A stretch of DNA of 54,170 nucleotides from a virus (Duplodnaviria > Caudoviricetes), in IMG/VR virus record IMGVR_UViG_3300030109_000164, positions 1-54,170 of that record; one strand, given 5' to 3'. A program made the position numbers and the translations under genes. Below are positions 20,801-28,719 of the stretch, piece by piece (position 1 is the first letter of the stretch; each line of letters opens with the position of its first letter). The notes under the pieces were generated by a model. The model saw nothing but the letters and a program-made list of their open reading frames with translations, had not been told where the DNA came from and did not search any database.

Positions 20801-23364
20801 ATTTCTGCTATAAGATTATTTTGTTCTGTTAAATTGTTGTTATCTAAAGCATTTTGAAAATCAATAATGTAATCGTTTATTGTATTTTGAGGAACATTCT
20901 GTTGTTGCATTTTTGCTAAAAGCGGTGCAATAGCAATAGCTTTATTAGGAACAGGAATAGGAATTCTTTCTTGTCCTGCATCTTCTAACTGAGTTTGTGT
21001 AGGTTCTGTAGGCTCTGGTGTAACCACAGGTGCTGCTGCAGCTGGGCCTCTTTGTAATCTTCTCATTCCTGGTATCGTTAACTGTCTAGGTTGTCTAGCA
21101 GGTCTTTCTGGTATTGGAATTTGTGCTTGTCTAAGTTTAAATAGTCTTTGTTGTTCAGGAGTTAATTCGCTTTCAGCAATTAAACCTTCTAGTGCTTGGT
21201 TTACTCTTGTTTGATTTTCAAGTTCAACTTGCTGTTCATAATCTCTATATTGAATGTCAGCTATTTCTTCTTCTTGTCTAGCTTGCTCTAATCTTTGTTG
21301 TTCCATCTGTTGGATTTGTTGCTGTTGTGCTTGTTGTTGAGCTTCATTAAACTCTCTTTGTCTTTGTGCTAGCTCAGCTTCTTGTTGGTTAATCTGTCGT
21401 AGTTGTTGAATTTGATTTTGCTGTTGTTGAATTGTATTACTAGCTAGTAAAAGTTGTTGTCCTGCAGGTGTCTGTTGTATTTCCTGTGCACTCTGAGCAG
21501 GTGTATCAAATGGAATTGTTTGCTGTTCTAATGGAAGTGTTTGCTGTCCTGCTCTTTCTAACTCAGCTTGTGTAGGCTCTGGTGTAACTACAGGTGCTGG
21601 TTGCTGTGGTATTTCTGATAATTGATTTAAGTCACGAGCAGTAACTGGTTGTTGAGGTGGAAGTATAACTCCTTGTTGTCCTTCAGTTTGAGCTGGTAGC
21701 ACAGGTTGATTAGCCTGAACTACTGTATCTAATAACTCTCCTTGACGAGTCTGTTCACCTGCTACAAAGTTAGGAGGCCCAGATACTTGAGAGATAGGAG
21801 GAACAGCAGGAGGAATAACTGGAGTACCACCTGGTGGTAATTGATCTGGTGAAGGAGGAGGCTCAGGGCCTAAGACATCACCTTCGATACCAGGACTTGG
21901 TAATAATTTTTGGTCAGCTTTCGGTTCAGTTTTATTTAATATATCAGTAGCTTCGCCTCGTTTAAGAAGATTAGCACCACCACCTAGTGGGCCACCAATA
22001 GCAAAACCTGCTGCAAAAGCATTGATTAATCGTTTACCTACTTCAGCATCACCTAGTTGTCCTGTACCTGCAAGAAGAATACCTTCCTGTCCAACTTCAG
22101 TAAGACCTTCAAGTGTACCACCAACTGCTAAACCTTTACCTGCTCTTACAACTCTATTACCTTTTGTAAGAAGGTCAGGGCCAACACCAAAGATACGACC
22201 CGCTAGAAAAAATTCTGGAAGAGTTTCAAGTGCTGCGTATGGTATAGCACCAAAAGCTGCTGTAGCTCTATTACCTTCACCTGTATCTCGCACTTCACCA
22301 TAGATGTCACCTATACCCATAAGATAACTACCAGCTGTAGAAGTTATAGCAGCACCTCCTGCCATAGCTTGACGTCTACCTTGCTTAAGTGCTCCTCTAG
22401 CACCACCTAGTAATTCATCAGCTTCAAGTTTACGAAGCTGACTAGCAGTAGCTAATGACCCAGGTTTAGGTCTAAGAGCAGCTGCACCATACAGACCTGC
22501 ACCTTCACGAAGTAATTTTCTTTCACCTTTTGTAAGTTTTTGTCCGTTACTATATTTTGTGGCAGCTTTTAATAATTCTTTTTTTACTTTACCTCTACCA
22601 AATGTAGTAAGTACAGCACCACCTACAGCAGTAAAAGGGTTAGCACCACCACCTGCAACTGCACCTGCTCCAGCACCAGCAAGAGCTACCAGTATTGATT
22701 CTATTAAGTTTGGCCCTTGTTGTGCTAAGTTAGCAACAAACCAATCTATTGCACCATGTCCACCTTCGTTTTCAAAATAATCAATGCTAGTAAATTCTCT
22801 TTGAAATGGTTGGTTATAATATAATTCCTGTGCCGCACTGTCTACCCAGCCCTGTCCTAGTTCTTCTGCACCAAGAAACTGTGCAGCTCTACCAGCAAGT
22901 AACTTTAAATTACTACCACCTATCTCAAAATTTCTTGCCATAAGAGTACCCTTACCAGGGTCTTCTATATTTCTCATATAGTTTTTATAAGAATCAGGAG
23001 ATACGCTTTGCCAGTCTGGAGCATCAGGTACAGTAGTAGCTCTAGGCTTATCTAAGAATCCTTTACCTTCTGCATCTAACGCTGACTGTGAATCATCAGC
23101 ATCATACAGTGCACCATTAACAAACATTTTATTTTGAGAAGGACTAAACAATACAAGAGGCCCTGTCTTAGGAGGTTCGTTAGTAGATAACAAAGCAGAT
23201 TCTAGTGATTTAGCTTCTTGTTGTAGTTGTATATAGGGGTCAGCAGCATTTGCTCCAAGTTGTGATTTACCACCGATTGGATCAAAAGGATTACCTGTTC
23301 CAGGAGCACTGGTAGCATCGTAAAAGTTACTTGAAAAAGGTTGTAATCCTGCTTTCTTTACCAT
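14812..23364 (-). CDS. Giant internal virion/ejection protein (polyvalent-like, with zincin HExxGH and PLxRFG-like motifs)
   Basis: 2850 aa; last late gene; Gly/Ala membrane-like segments, Q/E/P low-complexity region, AHEALGH (~18880-18900), YVPFTRRGKY (~17300-17330). Confidence 0.8.
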   Translation of the reverse strand: MVKKAGLQPFSSNFYDATSAPGTGNPFDPIGGKSQLGANAADPYIQLQQEAKSLESALLSTNEPPKTGPLVLFSPSQNKMFVNGALYDADDSQSALDAEGKGFLDKPRATTVPDAPDWQSVSPDSYKNYMRNIEDPGKGTLMARNFEIGGSNLKLLAGRAAQFLGAEELGQGWVDSAAQELYYNQPFQREFTSIDYFENEGGHGAIDWFVANLAQQGPNLIESILVALAGAGAGAVAGGGANPFTAVGGAVLTTFGRGKVKKELLKAATKYSNGQKLTKGERKLLREGAGLYGAAALRPKPGSLATASQLRKLEADELLGGARGALKQGRRQAMAGGAAITSTAGSYLMGIGDIYGEVRDTGEGNRATAAFGAIPYAALETLPEFFLAGRIFGVGPDLLTKGNRVVRAGKGLAVGGTLEGLTEVGQEGILLAGTGQLGDAEVGKRLINAFAAGFAIGGPLGGGANLLKRGEATDILNKTEPKADQKLLPSPGIEGDVLGPEPPPSPDQLPPGGTPVIPPAVPPISQVSGPPNFVAGEQTRQGELLDTVVQANQPVLPAQTEGQQGVILPPQQPVTARDLNQLSEIPQQPAPVVTPEPTQAELERAGQQTLPLEQQTIPFDTPAQSAQEIQQTPAGQQLLLASNTIQQQQNQIQQLRQINQQEAELAQRQREFNEAQQQAQQQQIQQMEQQRLEQARQEEEIADIQYRDYEQQVELENQTRVNQALEGLIAESELTPEQQRLFKLRQAQIPIPERPARQPRQLTIPGMRRLQRGPAAAAPVVTPEPTEPTQTQLEDAGQERIPIPVPNKAIAIAPLLAKMQQQNVPQNTINDYIIDFQNALDNNNLTEQNNLIAEMEQVTSEPTVRTQVRPPTTPEEIERSQDAIQIGSPEEVAVQEQTGAGQAIRRGDAQQLTTAQENRLKEQIRKATNRSIAFASAEEKRAAREDRQDRIRKQAQESEARISNIFVPVKDRTPIEMWNALTVGGALGYDRLPPNFKTLWNNLVAEDTVNGDLAALTAAEAKFVLERIPPKPEVKKEEQTEFGSGTAGLSSLQGFTQQEELNSVIADFNIISITPGAFEKDVGAAYMLGEILMEFAFFAENIPEDTLRAQAINYLNFTNFTSREQKVLDAAFIKTINNSAAKVQEGTNTEGKEKDWLKYALKRNVLSSIKAPLANMPKWWTDSQIEVLTSNITTEEQEQGTVFGEETAERLQDIMRKKQLLGESIPLDEFRRLYDLALGASGRERQADRGKQFRQDQAEGLAALINSHLEKVSIKNGAYTAYNNFPIKSDLPGKADPATNEMETKYAKLMAKEKNYTMANGHKLKDYFTTGGRLKIKQTFDGRLIPDSSAEPTAREATGRDRLRRGNEEATTNTTESLNDQVNAADQKTDDSGRFRRADGKPVKPIAKGDIELIIKKVLSKLKVKPTVTVVANVQELAESNPELYRRAAAGRPLKDFDTVEAAGYSIGDQIIIFSDYIKSKEQARLVVAHEALGHFGFRAFMPRSRMDAIFREIYRTDGFVKNEVDKMMTSRPGIDMMEAVEEVLADKAASFDSRLIYRIKNLVQAVLDTIGMGDLINIGDADITRYFLRQSRRNLMTGGQGVVGVKQIAENIKRLESEAEHGRFSMENTSATHATNWANTYALNKKAGAFGSFDKFQEFLKKVPKGKGESASNYLGRVAETVQTLNNKSQRSEGLQKIFNIFQKSAGKTRRVMSEYERMTAYTHTPHWFGFGKGPSARELQIGGEMLAFGAAFKARSETPASIQAEDLLDKTGDAPVMNKKDRARLEKIGKLTKEQFKEGVPYQLADGSEPLTKSFRVDEKGVAITEEEFNNAYRIYEENRNAVNQAAIDVLEANLLAAVGQKTGAMQKIQTISGQNGLPTSEDVQIFNRIIEEYTNIMRKKPNADGTPNKAQIKEAQRFIKEINRALWKPEKLDDWAGRSIDENGNPSFKETKEFQRPELADIINSLPNLANIKYKKNEAFEVTDTILNLFAHDQQIVNAEFQAKRTMMTGYVPFTRRGKYQVRMQAYNVKTNKAVKLQANFAGALPYFQTEAKQDAVDIQTELNQKFVRDDEGKESRYNMKDVDGLDVTVFIRPEVAEARQSQPLANTLNLTEFMSIVSKLDIGLSIDERARVITALSGVSDRARSSLEKTGNPGWDQDVVRSVAEHLETMGHIAGKVTFTWQLNDIIDNDGFFRGNPDRLEQLEKATREGTQEQKEAAIKEYEQYAYSYSHSADIGQPGFNEAKTREGLAKAERGETLTNKDYIRNQGRGERYREEANKLLQFYSDSASIVDSTEDALSGEIGSRLKLTAVLLQLGGSIATAGINLISLPSHAIPYLGTYNKERGYGGGFGLATAAAAIARATYDVKGGSLSNYDTVYELANNQDELAQSRFEQDEAEALLEATGAGVLQAAQFNALVGTSRGGRASNNFNGAIKGWMYMFSYTEQLNRRATFLAAYRLERERILATNFEGKAYDKLLKDEQVVVQQNAITFATKAVNTSQGEYAMYNRPEMARGNLAQYIFMYKQFPIITVELMKGLPKSGRIYMLTTLFLLAGLSGLPFADDLSDLIETLAQKFGIKMGTVEQEAAKLIDAFIPGASPFVLRGGLDPTLGATFSTRLGFGDLIPMTGIFQAKNNSGEYWQEAKNFLGPVYSGMAGLFATGTQLARYGAETIGLKDDTTEFRTILRDSPSAAVRGIFDSLQYMEDGRITKADGTVLTKEVGGWTVFWRMLGFYPYSVSIQNDIIRASRQNQAYVKSMKAHYIQAYVKAKLENNRGEMRRVLKFVDEYNKNVGRDSEFYFRNFTQSANKSYKAARRIATARFRKTAPKQSRDAIDEMAEIWGIELD
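20478..20720 (-). CDS. Nested basic protein (MPFKS... type) in the +1 frame of the giant gene
   Basis: 80-aa same-strand ORF, SD AAGGAG 5 nt before ATG, protein-like N-terminus MPFKSEAQKKWLYKNKPELAKQFEEETP. Confidence 0.7.
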   Translation of the reverse strand: MPFKSEAQKKWLYKNKPELAKQFEEETPSNSQLPKRIGLRSKSEKRQIARSRLLAQKKKEQLGKIGKTGFVNKLRNQKLA

Positions 23365-23369
23365 ATTTT

Positions 23370-25724
23370 TTACCTTTGATATGGGTTATTATTTGTATTA
23401 CCTAAATTAACAGGTCGTTGTACCTGAACTTCTCCTAGTATTTCTTTTGTACTTCCATCAGGTTGCGGTTGTTCTATATAGTCTATCATAAAAAATTGAT
23501 TTCCTCTTTGTACATAAGGTATTCCATCTACCTTATCCAATTTTACTGTGTTATCAAATTCAAATTTCTTTTTTAGATTTTCATAGTAAGCATTTATTCC
23601 TGCTAGATAAGCAGCGCCTCTGTCTTTTGAAGCTTGTAATTGCATTGCAAGTTGATTCTCAAATGATTTTAAGTTCATATTAGCTGCTAGCGTAGCTTGT
23701 GATGCTCTATATCCTTGGTCAAATGCTAGTCGTAGAGTATCGCTAAGTTGATTATAGTCCATAGTTTTATATGGTTTACCTCCAATAGTAACATCATACT
23801 TATTATCAGAGCGTGTATCAATACGAATATCTAAACCAGAAAACTCTGACCAGACCATAGCAGCTCTGTCTACACTACCTTTCTGTAGGTCAGATAGTGC
23901 CTGCATACCCTGTAGATACATAATTTTAACTTCAGCTTTCTTAGCTTCTAATGCACCTGCATCACGCATTGTCCTAGCTTTTGCCATAAGCTCTGTAGAT
24001 TGATTCATTAAATTAGTATATGAGGTTTCATCTGCACGACTTACTTGTGCTAGTCTTCTAAAATAATCTGCACGCTGTGTTAAAGTTTGTACGTTTCTAT
24101 TAGTATTATTAATTACCACTTCTCTTTCTTCAAGAAAATTTCTTAAATCAAAACCAACCCTACTAGGATCATCTATATAAAAAGCAGGCTTTTCTACTTT
24201 TGTATCTGTTGTAGTAACTTTTTCTTCTGGTGGTTCTTCACCAGTATCAACACCACCTGTTTGGTCTATAACTTGTAGAGAACTTAAGTTTTGATTAGCT
24301 GTAACATTGTTTGCAGTGTTTGTTGCCTGTGCAGTATTATTATTTAAACCAACATTTGTTGTGGTTTGGTTGTTCTGATTAACAGCTGCACTTGTTGTGG
24401 TTTGATTGACTTGATTAGGAGCTACTGGAGTTTGATTAAGTTTACCAGCTATATGGTTGTAAAGACTTACATATGCTTGATTGTAATCACTGTTAGAAAT
24501 GTTTCCGTCATCTATAGGTAGTGGGCCTTTGTTATCTCTTACTTTATTTGCGTTACCTTGATAGCCTGCACCCCATAAATTTTTAGGTAGACCTATAGCT
24601 TTATTATAAATAAGCTGAGCAAGACCAGCTACAAGTTCTCCTTGACTGCCTGCAGGATTAGCCCTAGGGCCTGCTCTTTTCATTTTGGCAATCATACCAA
24701 GAACTTTATCTACCATAGCAGGATTGTTAGGATAGATAGCTTCTACCTGAGCTCTATTCGCTGGGTCAGCAAACCATTTCTGTAGATTGTTAAACTGAGC
24801 ATTGGTAACTTGCATACTACCAAAAGCACCACGACCACTACCTTTGTTTACACGCCCAAAGTCAGACTCGATACCAAAGATAGCTAATGCTGCAACTGGG
24901 TCTATACCCATTTCATTTGCTAGTTCTACAAGTTTTTTAGAATTATTAGTATTAAGAATATCATTAGTATCTATAGAAGTTATACGACCATCTATAAGTT
25001 TTTTAGTTCTCTTAGAAGTTTCAGTTATTACTTCTTGTGTGGCTTGAGGTTTTCTATCGGCTTTATATCTTTCCATAAAACTAAATGGATCATTTTTTAC
25101 ATCTTCTAAATACTTTGGGTTTTGGTATATGAAATTTTTAAACTCATCACTGTTGTAAAAAATATGAGCTTCTCCTTGCTGTTGAGTAACACTTTGAGTT
25201 CCTTGCCCACCTTTACGCTTAATACCATACTGCTTCATAATAGCATTAGTATCATTATCAATAGTTTTTCTTCTTTTTATTTCAGTTGCACGCTCAGAAG
25301 TAGTTTTTTGTCTACCTCTACTATTTCTTTGTGTTGGTAAATCAATTTTATCTGGGTCAACAGTTGGAAATGTTACATCAGGTGTAAGAACTGTAACATT
25401 AGGAGTTGGTTGTAAAGTACCATCATCAGGAAGTAAATCACCAAATCCTATTCTACTAGATACGCTTTCGTCTTTTTCTTCAGATTTATCAGGTTCAATA
25501 GGTATATACTTACCACCAAAATTATCAAGTTTTAAACCTGCAGAACCTTGGTCTAAAGCAGTTACTTCAGGTAACTTAGGTTCCCCGCCAGTTAAGTCTT
25601 GAAATTTAAGTCTATTAAGTCTAGCTTGTTCTTGACGTTGTCTTGCTTGCAACTCCAATTCATCTCGTGCACCTTGTCTAAACGCAGTAGGGTTTAAGTT
25701 ACCAGCTATATTTCTTAATACCAT
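23370..25724 (-). CDS. Internal virion protein with SLT lytic transglycosylase-like domain
   Basis: GIDPVAALAIFGIESDFG...GAFGSMQV (catalytic ES and GxMQ motifs); adjacent to other ejection genes. Confidence 0.75.
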   Translation of the reverse strand: MVLRNIAGNLNPTAFRQGARDELELQARQRQEQARLNRLKFQDLTGGEPKLPEVTALDQGSAGLKLDNFGGKYIPIEPDKSEEKDESVSSRIGFGDLLPDDGTLQPTPNVTVLTPDVTFPTVDPDKIDLPTQRNSRGRQKTTSERATEIKRRKTIDNDTNAIMKQYGIKRKGGQGTQSVTQQQGEAHIFYNSDEFKNFIYQNPKYLEDVKNDPFSFMERYKADRKPQATQEVITETSKRTKKLIDGRITSIDTNDILNTNNSKKLVELANEMGIDPVAALAIFGIESDFGRVNKGSGRGAFGSMQVTNAQFNNLQKWFADPANRAQVEAIYPNNPAMVDKVLGMIAKMKRAGPRANPAGSQGELVAGLAQLIYNKAIGLPKNLWGAGYQGNANKVRDNKGPLPIDDGNISNSDYNQAYVSLYNHIAGKLNQTPVAPNQVNQTTTSAAVNQNNQTTTNVGLNNNTAQATNTANNVTANQNLSSLQVIDQTGGVDTGEEPPEEKVTTTDTKVEKPAFYIDDPSRVGFDLRNFLEEREVVINNTNRNVQTLTQRADYFRRLAQVSRADETSYTNLMNQSTELMAKARTMRDAGALEAKKAEVKIMYLQGMQALSDLQKGSVDRAAMVWSEFSGLDIRIDTRSDNKYDVTIGGKPYKTMDYNQLSDTLRLAFDQGYRASQATLAANMNLKSFENQLAMQLQASKDRGAAYLAGINAYYENLKKKFEFDNTVKLDKVDGIPYVQRGNQFFMIDYIEQPQPDGSTKEILGEVQVQRPVNLGNTNNNPYQR

Positions 25725-25725
25725 A

Positions 25726-27036
25726 CTAAGCTCCTAAAGTAAGTGGTAAACTGTTTCTGTCATCTTTATCAGGATTTATTACACCAAGTTGATTATTAAA
25801 TTCTGCAGCTGATTGTTCAATATCTTCATCTTCTTTATTAGTATTACCAGAACTAGTATTGAGACCACCAAAGAAATTCATAATTCTATCTTTCTGTGCA
25901 GTAGCAGCATTTGAATCTCTTGCACCTTTTGCACTTGCTAACTCTAACAATCCTCCTGCTCGCGTAACACCGCCTGTATTTCCAGTTGGAATAAGATTAG
26001 TAGCTGCAGTTAAAGCTGTATTTTGTAGTCCTACACCCTGTCCAAAACCTTGGTCATACGCAGTTTGTACATTTAAACCACTTTGTAGTGCTGCTCGTCT
26101 ACGTTCACCTTGAGATAAACCTCCGCTACTTAATGCTGATGTACGCTCAAAGTTTCTTAGTTTTTGACCTTGTGAAATAGCTGCTCTATTAGCTGCTTGT
26201 AAACCAAAGTAATTTGGATCATAATACCCAGCTTGAACCATATGTGCTTTAGCCGCATCCATCTTAGCATTAAACGCTGCTTCATCTTTTTGTCTAAGAG
26301 CTTCTAGTTCTGCTTTGTATTCTGCTATAGCTGCTGCTTCCTCAGCATTATCAGGTGTAGGAACTAGAGCTTCAGCAGCTGCAGCTCCACCAACTTGTAA
26401 TACAGTATTAGCTAGTGCATCAGGGCTAGTAATTTTACTTACAACTTTTTGTCCGACATCAGATAAACCTGCTTTCATAGATTGAAAAAAACTTGGCTGA
26501 GCAGTAGTATTTGAAAGTGAGGTATTAACAGCATTAGTAGCAGTTAAACCACCAGTATTAGATGCCAGCATAAAATTAGGATCGCCTCCTCCAAATGTAT
26601 TAGCACCACCATATGTATTAGCATTAGCATTTAGTATATTTGGATCAGAAGTAATATTTGGCGGAGCTGCTTGACCAAAGTTTGCTCTTGCTCCGTATCC
26701 GCCAATACCTCCTGCTATAGCTCCACCAATAGCACCAGCTCTTACACTGCCGCCTGTAACTTTAGCTGTAATAGCACCAAGCCCAGCACCAACAATAGCT
26801 GAACTAATAACAGCTCCAGCTGTAGTAGCCATAGCTCCAGATATTGCAGCACCTAAAACACCTGATGCTGCAATAGAACTTGCAATCGCAGGTGCCGCAA
26901 TAGGGATAGCCACCATAGCTGCAACGGCAAGAACTTTTTTAGTTCCACCCCCATGATGTGTCATAGGAACTGGGGTGATAATAGTTTCGCTAGTAGGTCC
27001 CACCGAAACTACTAAAGGGTTTATGATAGTTTGCAT
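25726..27036 (-). CDS. Internal virion/DNA-ejection protein
   Basis: Long Gly/Ala-rich hydrophobic N-terminal region and position among ejection genes. Confidence 0.65.
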   Translation of the reverse strand: MQTIINPLVVSVGPTSETIITPVPMTHHGGGTKKVLAVAAMVAIPIAAPAIASSIAASGVLGAAISGAMATTAGAVISSAIVGAGLGAITAKVTGGSVRAGAIGGAIAGGIGGYGARANFGQAAPPNITSDPNILNANANTYGGANTFGGGDPNFMLASNTGGLTATNAVNTSLSNTTAQPSFFQSMKAGLSDVGQKVVSKITSPDALANTVLQVGGAAAAEALVPTPDNAEEAAAIAEYKAELEALRQKDEAAFNAKMDAAKAHMVQAGYYDPNYFGLQAANRAAISQGQKLRNFERTSALSSGGLSQGERRRAALQSGLNVQTAYDQGFGQGVGLQNTALTAATNLIPTGNTGGVTRAGGLLELASAKGARDSNAATAQKDRIMNFFGGLNTSSGNTNKEDEDIEQSAAEFNNQLGVINPDKDDRNSLPLTLGA

Positions 27037-27513
27037 TTAGACCTCCTTTGTTAAATCCTGTCTTAGTAGTGAATACTTTCGTTCAAAGCCCTGTGCTTGT
27101 AGTATTTTTTCCATAGCTGGGGCAACTAAACATTCTATTTGAGAAACTCCGCAAATCTGTGCCCAACCACAAACTTGTTTCCAAAACTTTTTCATATTAT
27201 GTCGTAAATTTTTTCCACCTAAAGCTAATACATTCATAGCTGTAAATCGTGGATAATAAACTAATTCTAAAGCTATAGCTAGTTGTATGTCAGGAACTTC
27301 ATCATCATCATTTTTAGCAACAATAATAAAAAGCTGACCTTTTAATCCTCGCTCATATATATCTTCTACAGTCATTTCACCATGCATAGCTTTATCAATA
27401 CATTCCTGAAACAACGGAATACATCCACCCCAGTATCTATCAAGTAATTCTTTTGTAGATAACAACTGAGCATTGTATTGTTTATGTTCTTGTTGTACCA
27501 CTTGTAATGTCAT
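27037..27513 (-). CDS. GNAT-fold-like virion assembly protein (T7 gp13-like position)
   Basis: 158 aa; MNVLALGG...WAQICG...MEKILQAQGF; precedes the ejection proteins. Confidence 0.5.
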   Translation of the reverse strand: MTLQVVQQEHKQYNAQLLSTKELLDRYWGGCIPLFQECIDKAMHGEMTVEDIYERGLKGQLFIIVAKNDDDEVPDIQLAIALELVYYPRFTAMNVLALGGKNLRHNMKKFWKQVCGWAQICGVSQIECLVAPAMEKILQAQGFERKYSLLRQDLTKEV

Positions 27514-28358
27514 GTTGCTTTTGTGTCCTTACCAATCATTTTATCAAAAAACTCTGTGCCTTTACGGGCTACAACATTTTTAGGTATAACATATTCACCG
27601 CCTTCAACTTCAAAATCAACCTGGTCACTACCTTGTACTCTTCCACGGACACCTCCTTGAGCATGAGATTGGCCAACTACCAATCCACCGACTGCCATTT
27701 GAGCTGGTGGTTGAGCTGGTGTTTGTGGCATAGGAGCCATAGGAGCGTCTGCGCCTTCAATCTGTACATCAGCTTCCATAGCTTTTGCCGCCATAATAAT
27801 AGCAGTAATTAATCCTTCATCATATTGTTCTGGAATTTCTTCAGCTGGAAGTATTCCTCTTTGAATAGCCATTTGTCTAATCTGAGGATACATAGCTGGA
27901 TTTTGCTGTACTGTTTTAGCAAGCTGTATAATCATGTTAAGTTCGTTAGCATCAAGTTCACCTGATTGAATACCTGCTTCAATAGCTGCTCGTATTCTAG
28001 CAACAGCTTCTGGATTAGCTGATAGTGTCTGATTAATTTGACCCTCCATCATAGATGAATCCATAGGCCCTTGTGACATTTGAGCAGGAGGAACCATGCC
28101 TCCTTCTTGCATCATCATAGTTGGGTTTTGTCCAGGTTGCCCCATAGGTTGATTTCTAAAATCCATAGCTGCAGCATTAGGATTACCACCTTGTGTTGTA
28201 CCTGTAGGTATTTCACCCAATGCTCCTTGTGTAACAGGAGTTGTAGGCATTGTTATTAATGTTTCAATTGATGCTGGTAAATCCAATGACACAGATGTGG
28301 GTACAGCTGCTGGAACACCTTCTTCCATTGCCATAGGATTAGTTGGTTTCATTACCAT
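27510..28358 (-). CDS. Met/Pro/Gln-rich putative virion protein
   Basis: C-terminal GGLVVGQSHAQGGV...EVEGGEYVIPKNVV...GTEFFDKM motif. Confidence 0.65.
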   Translation of the reverse strand: MVMKPTNPMAMEEGVPAAVPTSVSLDLPASIETLITMPTTPVTQGALGEIPTGTTQGGNPNAAAMDFRNQPMGQPGQNPTMMMQEGGMVPPAQMSQGPMDSSMMEGQINQTLSANPEAVARIRAAIEAGIQSGELDANELNMIIQLAKTVQQNPAMYPQIRQMAIQRGILPAEEIPEQYDEGLITAIIMAAKAMEADVQIEGADAPMAPMPQTPAQPPAQMAVGGLVVGQSHAQGGVRGRVQGSDQVDFEVEGGEYVIPKNVVARKGTEFFDKMIGKDTKAT

Positions 28359-28359
28359 A

Positions 28360-28719
28360 TTATAGCCCTTTCATTTGTTGAATTAGTAAATTAAGTGCAG
28401 CTCTTGTCTCAGCTACATCGGTAGCTAAAGTCTGCACATCAAGTACAAGTTTTTGAAAATCATCTAAAGATGCAACATTTTGACCGCTTATAGCAAAACC
28501 TGTACCTTTTGCAGTTACCTGTACTAATTTTTGTGCACCTAATGGATTTGTTGTAATTTGACCCTGTGTAATAGCTTTACTTGCAGTATCAATTTCACCA
28601 CGTAGTCCAGTTAGTAATTCTACATTTTCTTTAACTGTAGCTATAAGTATAGTTTGGTAGTCTGTAAACCCTCCTTGTGGTACTGCTGGTACAGTTGTAA
28701 ATCTATTGTTAACGCTCAT
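28360..28719 (-). CDS. Hypothetical structural protein (coiled-coil C-terminus)
   Basis: 119 aa; overlaps the stop of the upstream tail gene. Confidence 0.65.
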   Translation of the reverse strand: MSVNNRFTTVPAVPQGGFTDYQTILIATVKENVELLTGLRGEIDTASKAITQGQITTNPLGAQKLVQVTAKGTGFAISGQNVASLDDFQKLVLDVQTLATDVAETRAALNLLIQQMKGL

